A stretch of DNA of 32,000 bases, from assembly GCF_000354175.2 (NCBI RefSeq), contig NC_022349.1, positions 3,030,001 to 3,062,000 on the forward strand, in the 5' to 3' direction. The notes beneath the pieces are model-generated. The model was not told the DNA's origin and made no database searches. It worked only from the letters and a program-made list of their open reading frames with translations. The DNA is from Vibrio alginolyticus NBRC 15630 = ATCC 17749 (GTDB taxonomy: Bacteria; Pseudomonadota; Gammaproteobacteria; Enterobacterales; Vibrionaceae). The translations under genes and the position numbers were made by a program. Of the stretch, positions 17,132-26,605 are shown piece after piece (the first letter of the stretch is position 1; each line of letters starts with the position of its first letter).

Positions 17132-18721
17132 TTATTCTTCAATGCTTTCTTGTTCGGTGTCTTCTTCAACCGTGACGTCAGAAGCGCCAGAGACTTGTTC
17201 TACGACGGTCTCTACTGCGCCCGATATCAAAATGTCGGGGTTGAGCGGCGGAATCACTTGCAAGTCATCGCTATTCTCATCAATCGCTGGCTGTTGGCTG
17301 ACATGACCAATGATGGATTGGTAGTAACGTCGAATATTTTCTACGTAATTACGCGCTTCATCGCCTCTGGCGTACCCATAGCGAGTTTGGCTGTAATAGC
17401 GCTTCTGACGCAGTAAAGGCAGCCTATCTTTTACATCGGCCCAAGCGTTCGGATCGCCACCTTGTGCTTTGGTGAGTCGTCGTGCGTCCATCATGTGGCC
17501 GTAACCAATATTGTATGAAGCTAACGCAAACCATATTTTTTCATGCTCGTTGATGCTATCAGGCACGCGACCTACAATGCGACGTAAGTACTCGACACCA
17601 CCACGAACAGATTGCTCAGGGTCTAAACGGTTTGTTACCCCGACGCTTTTCGCTGTTGGCAGAGTAAGCATCATCATCCCCCTAACACCCGTTGGCGATT
17701 TTGCTGTTGGTTTCCAATGTGACTCTTGATAAGCCAATGCTGCAATTAAGCGCCAGTCGAACTCTTCGCTGTATTTTTGGAATAAAGGTGCCCATTTAGG
17801 CAATTTGTCATCCAGAGCTCGAATGAATGCGCGAGTATCAACGTAGTCAAATGCTTCAATATGACCAATGTACTTTTCTTCGAGGGTGGACAGTTCTCCT
17901 GATTGTTTGATGTTACCGAAAAACTCTATCAGCATCGCATACAAACTTTCGTCTTCAGAGCGTCGAGTAAACCAAGATACTGGTTGATCTTCTGTAAGTT
18001 CAAACGCGAGCGCAAGATCGGGGTAAAGGCGTTGAGCAAGGGAAAGTTCCACCGAATCAGTCACAGTAAAACGTAACTCACCCGTCGATACGTATTTGAG
18101 TAAGTCTCTCGTGTCAGCATCACCAACAATTTCAAACTGAAGTTCTGGATACTGCTTCTTTAACGCTGTTAGGGTCGGAACATATTGCGATTGTTCAACG
18201 ATCTTTAATGTTTGAGCGCCTGCATTTGTATCTTCGTCGGACTCGTCGTCTTTCGAGGCTTGGTATTCAATGAGTTGTTCGATATCACGTGGTCGAAGTT
18301 GCCCTTTTTTATATACCACTTGTTGGCTTACATAATAATAGGCAGGGCCTGGTCTAAATCGTTTGACTGCTTGTGACGTTTGATTTAAACCCGTAGCGAT
18401 GATATCGATATCTCCTTTCTTAAGAGCAGGAAAAAGCTCAGCCTGGCGAAAGGCTGGTTTAATCTCGAGTTTGACGCCGAGCTGCTCCGCAAACTGACGC
18501 GCCAATTCGTAATCCAACCCTGCGGGACCATCGGGACCTATGTAGTAGGAAAGCTGATTGTTTAGCGTGCCAACACGAAGCACACCACGTTCTTGAATTT
18601 TTTCAAATTCACTTTTGGGCTCCGACTCAATCTGGCAAGCAGAGAGTAAAAGAACAGAAACTAAAATTAGAGCACTGCGCTTGAGCCGGTTGAAGTGACT
18701 TATTTGCATTAATAGGTACAT
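17132..18721 (-). CDS. mltF: Membrane-bound lytic murein transglycosylase F
   Basis: 529 aa. It has a signal/lipobox-like N-terminus (LLLSAC), a periplasmic-binding-protein-like domain, and an SLT domain with ESHW...GVRGMMMLT...YNIGYGHM. The sequence is collinear with E. coli MltF as I remember it (GLDYELA..., PGPxYY.VSQQ.VYK, IAYQESHW). The start could be 18721 or 18709. Confidence 0.95.
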   Translation of the reverse strand: MYLLMQISHFNRLKRSALILVSVLLLSACQIESEPKSEFEKIQERGVLRVGTLNNQLSYYIGPDGPAGLDYELARQFAEQLGVKLEIKPAFRQAELFPALKKGDIDIIATGLNQTSQAVKRFRPGPAYYYVSQQVVYKKGQLRPRDIEQLIEYQASKDDESDEDTNAGAQTLKIVEQSQYVPTLTALKKQYPELQFEIVGDADTRDLLKYVSTGELRFTVTDSVELSLAQRLYPDLALAFELTEDQPVSWFTRRSEDESLYAMLIEFFGNIKQSGELSTLEEKYIGHIEAFDYVDTRAFIRALDDKLPKWAPLFQKYSEEFDWRLIAALAYQESHWKPTAKSPTGVRGMMMLTLPTAKSVGVTNRLDPEQSVRGGVEYLRRIVGRVPDSINEHEKIWFALASYNIGYGHMMDARRLTKAQGGDPNAWADVKDRLPLLRQKRYYSQTRYGYARGDEARNYVENIRRYYQSIIGHVSQQPAIDENSDDLQVIPPLNPDILISGAVETVVEQVSGASDVTVEEDTEQESIEE

Positions 18722-18849
18722 CTTGGAAAATTTCTATTTGCCTTTATATCAAAGCGAGCTCATGGGGCAAAGTGAATCACACACTTATAACGTGACATTG
18801 TGTGTTTTATCGACATTTTAGTTGTAATTCAAATTTGACAAAAAAAATG

Positions 18850-18865
18850 ACGCAAACGGTTGCTT
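18850..18865 (+). promoter_or_regulatory. PurR operator upstream of purL
   Basis: ACGCAAACGGTTGCTT matches the 16-bp PurR box consensus ACGCAAACGTTTGCGT at 14 of 16 positions. It lies just upstream of a GTTACA-N18-TATAAT (18871-18900) promoter-like element, about 145 nt before the purL ATG. Confidence 0.75.
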
Positions 18866-19008
18866 TTGGTGTTACATCACAAAAACAATTACTATATAAT
18901 GCGCTCGCAATGACGAGGTGGAATCGGCATAGGTTCGACAGGGCTTATTTTAAGTGTCTGAATTTATTCCAATATCACCTTAATCAATTGCATAAGAGAC
19001 CTAAGCAC

Positions 19009-22000
19009 ATGAGAATTTTGCGTGGCTCCCCAGCTCTTTCTGAGTTTCGTGTTAATAAACTACTGGAACTTTGTCGTGAACAAGATCTGCCTGTAACTGG
19101 CATTTATGCCGAGTTTATGCACTTTGCCGATCTAAAGTCAGACCTTGATGACCAAGAGTTAGAAAAACTTGAAAAGTTACTAACTTACGGCCCAACCATC
19201 GAAGAGCATGAGCCTGAAGGTCTTCTACTTCTTGTCACGCCTCGTCCTGGCACTATCTCGCCTTGGTCTTCTAAATCTACCGATATCGCTGTTAACTGTG
19301 GTCTGGATAAAGTGAAACGTCTAGAGCGTGGTACGGCTTATTATGTCGAATCTTCAGTTGTTCTATCAGAAGCTCAAGCTGACGCTGTTAAAGCGTTAAT
19401 TCACGACCGTATGATGGAAACAGTATTCACAGAATTTGAAGCCGCATCAGCATTATTTACTGTTGCAGAGCCTAAGCCTGTCGCACATGTTGATATCTTA
19501 GCTGGCGGTCGTCTTGCGCTTGAAGAGGCAAACGTTTCCCTTGGCTTGGCACTCGCAGAAGATGAAATTGATTACTTGGTAGAGAACTTTACTAAGCTTG
19601 GGCGTAACCCAAACGACATTGAATTGATGATGTTTGCTCAGGCGAACTCAGAGCATTGTCGCCACAAAATTTTTAACGCAGATTGGACTATCGACGGGGT
19701 AGATCAACCTAAGTCTTTGTTCAAAATGATCAAAAACACTTTTGAAACGACACCTGACTATGTGCTGTCTGCATACAAAGACAACGCAGCCGTTATGACA
19801 GGTTCTAAAGCGGGGCGTTTTTTCCCTGACCCTAAATCTCGTCAATACACGTACCACCATGAAGATACGCACATCTTGATGAAGGTAGAAACGCACAACC
19901 ACCCAACGGCAATCTCTCCGTGGCCGGGCGCATCGACTGGCTCAGGCGGTGAAATTCGTGACGAAGGCGCGACGGGTATCGGCGGTAAGCCAAAAGCGGG
20001 TCTGGTTGGTTTTACAACCTCTAACTTACGTATTCCTGGTTTTGAACAGCCATGGGAAACCGACTTCGGCAAGCCGGGTCGTATTGTGAATGCGTTAGAC
20101 ATCATGCTTGAAGGTCCTCTTGGCGGCGCGGCATTCAACAACGAATTTGGTCGTCCAAATCTATTGGGTTACTTCCGTACTTACGAAGAAAAAGTCACTT
20201 CTCATGCGGGTGAAGAAATTCGTGGTTACCACAAACCAATCATGATTGCTGGTGGTATGGGTAACATCCGCGATGAACACGTACAGAAGAAAGAGATCCC
20301 TGTAGGTGCGAGCCTAATCGTACTTGGTGGTCCGGCAATGAACATCGGTCTTGGTGGTGGTGCGGCATCTTCCATGGCATCTGGTCAGTCAGCAGAAGAT
20401 CTGGACTTCGCTTCGGTACAGCGTGAAAACCCAGAGATGGAACGTCGCTGTCAGGAAGTGATCGACCGTTGTTGGCAGTTAGGCGACGATAACCCAATCG
20501 CATTTATCCACGATGTGGGTGCAGGCGGTATCTCTAACGCATTGCCTGAACTTGTCGACGACGGTGAGCGTGGCGGTAAGTTCCAATTACGCGATGTACC
20601 AAACGATGAGCCGGGCATGAGCCCACTGGAAATCTGGTGTAACGAATCACAGGAACGTTACGTTCTAGCGGTAGCGCCAGAAAACATGGAAGCATTCGAC
20701 GCAATCTGTAAGCGTGAACGCGCACCGTATGCAGTGGTGGGTGTAGCGACAGAAGAGCGTCATCTAACGCTAGAAGATTCTCACTTCGACAATACGCCGA
20801 TCGATATGCCAATGGATATCCTGCTTGGTAAGCCACCGAAGATGCACCGCGACGCAACCACACTAAAAGTGGAAAGCCCTGCCATTGTTCGTGATGGTAT
20901 TGAGCTTAATGAAGCGGTGGATCGCGTACTTCGTCTTCCTGCTGTTGCAGAAAAAACATTCCTAATTACTATCGGTGACCGAACAGTAACGGGTCTGGTT
21001 GCTCGTGATCAAATGGTTGGTCCTTGGCAGGTACCAGTAGCAAACTGCGCAGTAACAGCGGCAAGCTACGACACTTACCATGGCGAAGCAATGTCGATGG
21101 GTGAGCGCACGCCAGTGGCATTACTAGACTTTGGTGCATCGGCTCGCCTAGCAGTTGGTGAGTCACTAACGAACATTGCGGCAACAGACATCGGTGATAT
21201 TAAACACATTAAACTGTCTGCGAACTGGATGTCTCCAGCGGGTCACCCAGGTGAAGATGCGGGTCTTTACGAAGCAGTGAAAGCGGTGGGTGAAGAACTG
21301 TGTCCTGCTTTAGGTTTGACTATCCCAGTTGGTAAAGACTCTATGTCGATGAAAACCAAGTGGGAAGAAAACGGCGAGAGCAAAGAAGTCACATCTCCAC
21401 TGTCGCTAGTTATCACGGCATTTGGTCGTGTGGAAGACGTACGTAAGACCGTGACTCCACAACTACGCACTGACAAAGGAAATACTTCTCTAGTTCTTGT
21501 TGACTTGGGTAACGGCAAAAACCGCTTAGGTGCGACAGCATTGGCACAAGTATACAAACAGCTGGGTGACAAACCTGCTGACGTAGATAATGCAGAGCAG
21601 CTAAAAGGCTTCTTTGATGCAATGCAAGCGTTAGTACGTGATGACAAGCTAGTGGCTTACCACGATAAAGGCGACGGCGGTCTGTTTGTTACACTGGCTG
21701 AGATGGCATTCGCGGGTCACTGTGGCGTAAAAGCGAACATCGCAGAGCTGGGTGACGATGCGCTGGCCGTTCTATTTAACGAAGAGCTAGGTGCGGTTGT
21801 TCAAGTTAAGAATGATGATCTAGATTCAGTTCTATCTACTCTGGCGGCAAACGGCTTAGAGGCATGCTCACATGTGATTGGTTCTGTTGAAGCTTCAGAC
21901 GACTTTGTTATCACTTCTGGTGATGCAGTTGTGCTTGAACGTTCACGTACCGAACTACGCGTTATCTGGGCTGAAACAACGCATAAGATGCAAAGCCTAC

Positions 22001-22902
22001 GTGATAACCCAGCGTGTGCAGACCAAGAGCACGAAGCTAAGAAAGACAACTCTGACCCGGGTCTAAACGTTAAGCTCAGCTTCGACGTAAATGAAGACGT
22101 TGCAGCACCGTACATTGCGAAAGGTGCTAAACCTAAGATGGCAATTCTACGTGAGCAGGGCGTTAACTCCCACGTCGAAATGGCAGCAGCGTTTGACAGA
22201 GCAGGCTTTGAAGCAACCGACATCCATATGAGCGATATCCTAACAGGCCAAGCGGTACTGGATGAATACCATGGCCTAGTAGCTTGTGGTGGCTTCTCTT
22301 ACGGCGACGTACTAGGTGCGGGTGAAGGTTGGGCTAAGTCTATCCTGTTTAACGCACAAGCTCGTGAACAGTTCCAAGCCTTCTTCAACCGTGAAGAGAC
22401 GTTCTCTTTAGGTGTATGTAACGGTTGTCAGATGCTATCAAACCTGAAAGAGCTGATCCCAGGTGCAGACTTGTGGCCACGTTTTGTGCGCAACGAATCT
22501 GAGCGTTTTGAAGCGCGCTTTAGTCTAGTTGAAGTTCAGAAATCTGATTCTGTATTCTTCGACGGCATGGCTGGTTCGCGTATGCCAATCGCGGTTTCCC
22601 ACGGAGAAGGACGTGTAGAAGTACGTGATGCAGAGCACCTAGCAGCGATTGAAGCATCAGGTACGGTTGCGGTTCGTTACGTGGATAACCTCGGTAACCC
22701 AACACAACAATACCCGAACAACCCGAATGGTTCGCCAAACGCGATTACCGGTTTAACAACAGCAGACGGTCGCGTAACTATCATGATGCCTCACCCAGAG
22801 CGCGTATTCCGCACAGTTGCAAATTCTTGGGCTCCGGAAGGTTGGGGTGAAAATGGCGCTTGGATGCGTATGTTCCAAAATGCCCGTAAGAATATCGGTT
22901 AA
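19009..22902 (+). CDS. purL: Phosphoribosylformylglycinamidine synthase (large, single-chain PurL)
   Basis: The ORF track opens at 18802, but the conserved protein starts at [14 protein letters not shown] (ATG 19009), giving 1297 aa, about the E. coli PurL length. A C-terminal glutaminase domain is present with GVCNGCQM and the HPER catalytic motifs. Confidence 0.98.
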   Translation: MRILRGSPALSEFRVNKLLELCREQDLPVTGIYAEFMHFADLKSDLDDQELEKLEKLLTYGPTIEEHEPEGLLLLVTPRPGTISPWSSKSTDIAVNCGLDKVKRLERGTAYYVESSVVLSEAQADAVKALIHDRMMETVFTEFEAASALFTVAEPKPVAHVDILAGGRLALEEANVSLGLALAEDEIDYLVENFTKLGRNPNDIELMMFAQANSEHCRHKIFNADWTIDGVDQPKSLFKMIKNTFETTPDYVLSAYKDNAAVMTGSKAGRFFPDPKSRQYTYHHEDTHILMKVETHNHPTAISPWPGASTGSGGEIRDEGATGIGGKPKAGLVGFTTSNLRIPGFEQPWETDFGKPGRIVNALDIMLEGPLGGAAFNNEFGRPNLLGYFRTYEEKVTSHAGEEIRGYHKPIMIAGGMGNIRDEHVQKKEIPVGASLIVLGGPAMNIGLGGGAASSMASGQSAEDLDFASVQRENPEMERRCQEVIDRCWQLGDDNPIAFIHDVGAGGISNALPELVDDGERGGKFQLRDVPNDEPGMSPLEIWCNESQERYVLAVAPENMEAFDAICKRERAPYAVVGVATEERHLTLEDSHFDNTPIDMPMDILLGKPPKMHRDATTLKVESPAIVRDGIELNEAVDRVLRLPAVAEKTFLITIGDRTVTGLVARDQMVGPWQVPVANCAVTAASYDTYHGEAMSMGERTPVALLDFGASARLAVGESLTNIAATDIGDIKHIKLSANWMSPAGHPGEDAGLYEAVKAVGEELCPALGLTIPVGKDSMSMKTKWEENGESKEVTSPLSLVITAFGRVEDVRKTVTPQLRTDKGNTSLVLVDLGNGKNRLGATALAQVYKQLGDKPADVDNAEQLKGFFDAMQALVRDDKLVAYHDKGDGGLFVTLAEMAFAGHCGVKANIAELGDDALAVLFNEELGAVVQVKNDDLDSVLSTLAANGLEACSHVIGSVEASDDFVITSGDAVVLERSRTELRVIWAETTHKMQSLRDNPACADQEHEAKKDNSDPGLNVKLSFDVNEDVAAPYIAKGAKPKMAILREQGVNSHVEMAAAFDRAGFEATDIHMSDILTGQAVLDEYHGLVACGGFSYGDVLGAGEGWAKSILFNAQAREQFQAFFNREETFSLGVCNGCQMLSNLKELIPGADLWPRFVRNESERFEARFSLVEVQKSDSVFFDGMAGSRMPIAVSHGEGRVEVRDAEHLAAIEASGTVAVRYVDNLGNPTQQYPNNPNGSPNAITGLTTADGRVTIMMPHPERVFRTVANSWAPEGWGENGAWMRMFQNARKNIG

Positions 22903-22929
22903 TTAACCAAAGGTTAATGTAGCTTAAGT

Positions 22930-22964
22930 AAAGCGTTGGTTGAGAGACCAGCGCTTTCTTTTTT
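22930..22964 (+). terminator. Intrinsic terminator of purL
   Basis: AAAGCGTTGGT-tgagag-ACCAGCGCTTT forms an 11-bp stem with one G-U pair, followed by CTTTTTT. Confidence 0.75.
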
Positions 22965-23189
22965 CTTATCACTCTTTTTTTCTTCGTCGCTCTTTCTAGT
23001 GACTTGGCGAAACGTTGCTTTGTTCTGCCTCTTCTTTGTCATCTATTATCTAGCGTAAAAAACTTGCAGCGTTTAGATTACTTTTATGCTCTAATACCGC
23101 GCTTACCAAGGGATGGTGTTAAACAGCTCAGCTTAGATGGAGTTATCAAGTTGACCGAATCCCTGATTGATCCCTAAATCCCTTAGGAA

Positions 23190-23507
23190 ATGAAAGAAAT
23201 GTCTAAGAATCCAAAATTTGCTATCCGCGTCACTGAAAAACGTAACGGCTGGAGCGCAGAAATCACTCGCCAAGTGACATCTCGTAAGACTGTAGTATCA
23301 AAGCGTGAAACAGGCTTTGACAGCGAAGAGAAAGCACAAGCTTGGGCTGAACAAGAACTGGCTGGATTTATCCAAAACCAAGTGGTTCGTAACGAGCGTA
23401 AAGCAGCGCAACGTCAAGAGCGTGAAGCAGAACAACTAGCGGCAAAAGTTCGTAAAGAAGAAGCCCGCAAAGCACATGAAACCGAAGTAGACACTGACGA
23501 AGAATAA
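23190..23507 (+). CDS. Small, highly charged protein of unknown function (resembles DUF3622-type proteins from memory)
   Basis: 105-aa ORF (an alternative ATG at 23199 gives MSKNPKF...). The N-terminal half, NGWSAEITRQVTSRKTVVSKRETGFDSEEKAQAWAEQEL, is followed by a Lys/Glu/Arg-rich helix-like tail. The gene has its own strong terminator. The family assignment is unverified. Confidence 0.65.
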   Translation: MKEMSKNPKFAIRVTEKRNGWSAEITRQVTSRKTVVSKRETGFDSEEKAQAWAEQELAGFIQNQVVRNERKAAQRQEREAEQLAAKVRKEEARKAHETEVDTDEE

Positions 23508-23552
23508 GTTTAAATCGGTGAGATGGTGACGTTACCCATCAAACAAATAGTG

Positions 23553-23586
23553 AAAATGCCCTGAGTTTTGTCTCAGGGCATTTTTT
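23553..23586. terminator. Bidirectional intrinsic terminator between convergent genes
   Basis: AAAATGCCCTGAG-ttttgt-CTCAGGGCATTTTTT forms a 10-bp stem with A-run and T-run flanks. It lies between the stops at 23507 (+) and 23598 (-). Confidence 0.85.
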
Positions 23587-23597
23587 ATTTATATCGG

Positions 23598-24038
23598 CTA
23601 AAAACAATCCGATGATACGGACAGGCTAAACGTGCCGTCTTCAGGGGCTGCAAATTGTTTATTGCCAGGAAGAAGGTGAGGGTTATTAGCATAAGTGCGA
23701 TTTGTCGATTTGACCTTTGCAGAATGTCTTTCCGGTAAATCAAAGTGTTGTAAGCCGTCAGATAGATCGTTTGCTTCACCGTAGTCGAAATGTGTTGCGA
23801 CGTCTTTGGGCTGCTTGGCGTAACGACAGTGATCCGGCTTACCATCTTCGTGCCAAGTTAAAGAGTTAGTTTTTGCATCTAGATTCAGGTTATTTGCTGT
23901 TGGCTGTGCGTAAAAATCTTCTGAAACTTGGTGCTTGCTTTGTTCTTGTAAGTAGTCTGCAATGTTCTCAGAAGCTTGCGCTAGGCTACCTACAGGGAAG
24001 AAGCAAATCAGAAGAAGCCGTGTTTTTAGATTGTTCAT
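23598..24038 (-). CDS. Secreted/periplasmic 146-aa protein of unknown function, His-rich, downstream of the TonB-dependent receptor
   Basis: The signal peptide is MNNLKTRLLLICFFPVGSLAQA, cleaved before SENI (AxA site, not a canonical lipobox). The mature protein is about 124 aa, with 7 His and 2 Cys (one of them the penultimate residue). I recognise no family. Confidence 0.7.
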   Translation of the reverse strand: MNNLKTRLLLICFFPVGSLAQASENIADYLQEQSKHQVSEDFYAQPTANNLNLDAKTNSLTWHEDGKPDHCRYAKQPKDVATHFDYGEANDLSDGLQHFDLPERHSAKVKSTNRTYANNPHLLPGNKQFAAPEDGTFSLSVSSDCF

Positions 24039-24057
24039 AATGTGTATGCAAGCAAAA

Positions 24058-24076
24058 GGAAATGATAATACTGATA
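24058..24076 (-). promoter_or_regulatory. Fur-box-like element upstream of the 146-aa gene
   Basis: GGAAATGATAATACTGATA matches the 19-bp Fur consensus GATAATGATAATCATTATC at 13 of 19 positions, including the AATGATAAT core. It lies 20-38 nt upstream of the ATG at 24038. A GC-rich hairpin (CAGGGCAG-N7-CTGCCCTG, about 24119-24141) separates it from the receptor gene. Confidence 0.45.
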
Positions 24077-24156
24077 AATAAAACGGCGTGCAATTATGGC
24101 CATTGGATACGATATAACAGGGCAGTTAATGTCTGCCCTGCATCTTTTAGGTATGG

Positions 24157-26343
24157 TTAGTATTGATAAGTGAGGTGCAGTTTGACTTCGCGACCAGGCG
24201 AAGGCACGCCATTAGATAGGTATGCTTCGTAGTAACGATCGGTTAAGTTTTTCACAACCGCGCCAACGCTCAAGCCTTCGACTTGTTGTATTTCCCAAAC
24301 CACGTAAGCGTTTTGTAGCGTGTATTGCTCACTTGGCGATTTCACTTTTAAATTATTACCGCTTGCCTTGGTTTTGGTTTGCGCATCATACCAGCGGACT
24401 TCCCAGCCCGTACGTAAACCAGGAATCCATTCGTAACCTAAACCCAGATTAATGTTTAATGGCGGTACATCAGGATGATCATCATCTGAACCTGTAGAGT
24501 CAGATAGGCTACCTTTGTTTTTGCCGCGAATGTAACTTGCTGAGAAATTACTGTAGAAATCTTCAATCCGGTATTGTGAAATTAGCTCAAAGCCATAGTT
24601 TTTAAAGCCATCTAGGTTTGTATTCCAGCTTTGTAACTCAGTAGTATTTTTGTCGAGGTTATCGCCCGTTCGTATATCAACTGTGTCGCTAACATCGTTA
24701 TAGAACATAGTTAACTCTGTTGCGAGGTTATCGCGAGAGTTCACCAGCCCTTCCGTTAAGTTGATAACGCTTGCTTGATAAGCATGGATACGAGACACGT
24801 CCAGATTCAAAGCAGTAGCCGTAGCGGTAGCTCGCGCATATTGCACTGAGTAGATGTTATCAACGGTTGGTGCTTTTAAAGCGTAGGCGTAGGAGGCGTT
24901 TAAACGCGTATTATTGCTCGCATCAAAGTCGATATCCAAACGTGGGCTAAAGCCTTTATGCGTCGTTTCACCGTAGTTATGTCCGGCAGCTGGATCATTA
25001 TAATCCGGCGCAGCGTTCCCTTTTCCTTCACTCTTGATGTATTCGTAACGCAGAGAAGGTGTGATTGTTAGGCGGTCTGTTGCTTGATAGTGATCAGCAA
25101 TGTAAGCGGCATAAATTGACTGCGTGCCAGATGGTTCGTAGTAAGGGGTGTACCAACCGTAGTTTTTCGCTTCATTACTGTCGTATGATGCGTTGAATAC
25201 TAACGAGTCTCTATCGGTTTTTTGATATTGAAGCCCAGTGACTAGAGTGTGGTCTCCGAATTGCGCTTGGTTAAACACATCAACGTAATCACGCTCGTAA
25301 CTCAGCCATGACTCATGACCGTAACTGCCAACAGAAACGAACATTTTCTCGAATGCTACGTCAGGGCGAACCCAATGACGATCGTTTTCGGAACGTGCCA
25401 TTTTGATATTGAAATCAATATACGGGTTAGTCGGCATGTAGTGGTAAGAGATGGTCGTGGTGTTGTCCGTGTATTTGTTATCGACGGTGTAAGCGTATTG
25501 GGCTTTTTCTAATGAGCCGTATTTCTTGATATTGTATTCGGTGATGTTAGGCATTTTTCCGCGGCGGTTAGCCCAAGGTTTACGACCTTCATCTTTGTAG
25601 CGAGTGTGGCTAATTTCAAACTCGTGATCGTTGTTTTCATAACCGACTTTTACGAGCATGTTTTCTTGCTCATAACCTGAGTAATCCAGCGTTTCACCAC
25701 CACCGACTTTAATGTCATCAGAATCTTTTACCGAGCCATTCGCTAGAAAATAAAAACCAGCATCGTTTTTACCATAGAGTGTTAGCGTGTAGGCATTCTC
25801 ATCGCCGTTGTTGTTATATGCACTTGAGATGCGAGCACCAAAGTTTCTTTCGCCGTACAGGAGATCATCGACATTTTTGGTTTTAATGCGAATGGAGCCA
25901 CCAAACTTCCCGTTGAGTGCTCGATAGTCGTGCGCGCCCTTGATAATTTCTGCTTCGCCAATTAAGAACGGATCAAAAAAGAAGGTACCGTAGCGGTATT
26001 GTTGAAAGCCAATTGGAGCGCCATCGACAAAGACGGCGATATCGCTTGGATCATCAAAACCACGAATGTTAATACGTTCGCCACCAGAACGACCGCCACC
26101 ATCTATTGATGCACCGGGAACGGCATCGATCATTGAGGCAAAATTAGAGTACTGTTGCTCTTCAATCTCTGACCAATTAATGGTGGTTTGCGCAGGCTCA
26201 GCAATGGTAATGGGTTTGGCATAACGAACGCCTATGACTTCAAGCTCTTCATTTGGCGCTGTCTCGGCATATGAATAAAGAGGGAAGAGCAAAGCCAGTG
26301 AAATGAGATTTACTTTGAATGGATGACTTATTAATCGTTTCAT
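24157..26343 (-). CDS. TonB-dependent outer-membrane receptor (plug plus 22-strand barrel length; ligand unassigned)
   Basis: 728 aa. It has a signal peptide ending YSYA before ET, a TonB-box-like EELEVIGV, plug motifs (GERINIRGF...VFVDGAP...FFDPFLIGEAEIIKG), and a C-terminal aromatic terminus (LTYQY). The plug and early-barrel blocks resemble the haem/transferrin-type subfamily. However, the FRAP/NPNL haem-receptor motifs are only weakly echoed (LKAPT ... ALNLD) and lack the intervening His. Confidence 0.92.
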   Translation of the reverse strand: MKRLISHPFKVNLISLALLFPLYSYAETAPNEELEVIGVRYAKPITIAEPAQTTINWSEIEEQQYSNFASMIDAVPGASIDGGGRSGGERINIRGFDDPSDIAVFVDGAPIGFQQYRYGTFFFDPFLIGEAEIIKGAHDYRALNGKFGGSIRIKTKNVDDLLYGERNFGARISSAYNNNGDENAYTLTLYGKNDAGFYFLANGSVKDSDDIKVGGGETLDYSGYEQENMLVKVGYENNDHEFEISHTRYKDEGRKPWANRRGKMPNITEYNIKKYGSLEKAQYAYTVDNKYTDNTTTISYHYMPTNPYIDFNIKMARSENDRHWVRPDVAFEKMFVSVGSYGHESWLSYERDYVDVFNQAQFGDHTLVTGLQYQKTDRDSLVFNASYDSNEAKNYGWYTPYYEPSGTQSIYAAYIADHYQATDRLTITPSLRYEYIKSEGKGNAAPDYNDPAAGHNYGETTHKGFSPRLDIDFDASNNTRLNASYAYALKAPTVDNIYSVQYARATATATALNLDVSRIHAYQASVINLTEGLVNSRDNLATELTMFYNDVSDTVDIRTGDNLDKNTTELQSWNTNLDGFKNYGFELISQYRIEDFYSNFSASYIRGKNKGSLSDSTGSDDDHPDVPPLNINLGLGYEWIPGLRTGWEVRWYDAQTKTKASGNNLKVKSPSEQYTLQNAYVVWEIQQVEGLSVGAVVKNLTDRYYEAYLSNGVPSPGREVKLHLTYQY

Positions 26344-26406
26344 ATTGATGATTTATAGTGTTTTTATGAAGCTCGGATTATAAGAACATTATTACGATTA
26401 ATAAAT

Positions 26407-26425
26407 GATAATGAGATTAATTATC
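26407..26425 (-). promoter_or_regulatory. Fur box in the TonB-dependent receptor promoter
   Basis: GATAATGAGATTAATTATC matches the consensus GATAATGATAATCATTATC at 16 of 19 positions. It lies 64-82 nt upstream of the receptor ATG, sitting between TTGATA (-35-like) and TATTAA (-10-like) on the coding strand. Confidence 0.8.
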
Positions 26426-26500
26426 AAATGTGTTTTTGCGACGGATTGTAAAGTTTTTTATCCATTCGTGGAAACTACGATAAGTATCGTTAGCGTACAT

Positions 26501-26535
26501 AAAACAAAAAGCCCAGCATCATGGACGCTGAGCTT
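26501..26535 (-). terminator. Intrinsic terminator of the AstE/AspA-family gene
   Basis: The minus strand reads AGCTCAGC-gtccatgat-GCTGGGCT (one G-U pair), followed by TTTTTGTTTT. Confidence 0.6.
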
Positions 26536-26605
26536 ATTGGCTTTAAACAAGATAGTGCGAGCACTGTTGCTCCTTTGAGCTAATCAGGCGCCTACTTGAT
26601 AGGAA

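Noticed and set aside
18802-19008. A 69-codon N-terminal extension of the purL ORF ([12 protein letters not shown]...).
   Set aside because: The conserved PurL sequence begins at [13 protein letters not shown] (ATG 19009). The extension covers the PurR box and the promoter-like elements and has no protein-like conservation. It is simply an open frame upstream of the real start.
19648-22738. Numerous 60-140-aa ORFs antisense to or out of frame with purL. The same occurs inside recN, dnaK, dnaJ, the AbgT-family gene, mltF, pepD, the TonB-dependent receptor gene and nadK.
   Set aside because: They lie entirely within long, confidently assigned genes. They have Arg/Ser/Pro-rich low-complexity compositions typical of antisense frames and lack SD sequences.
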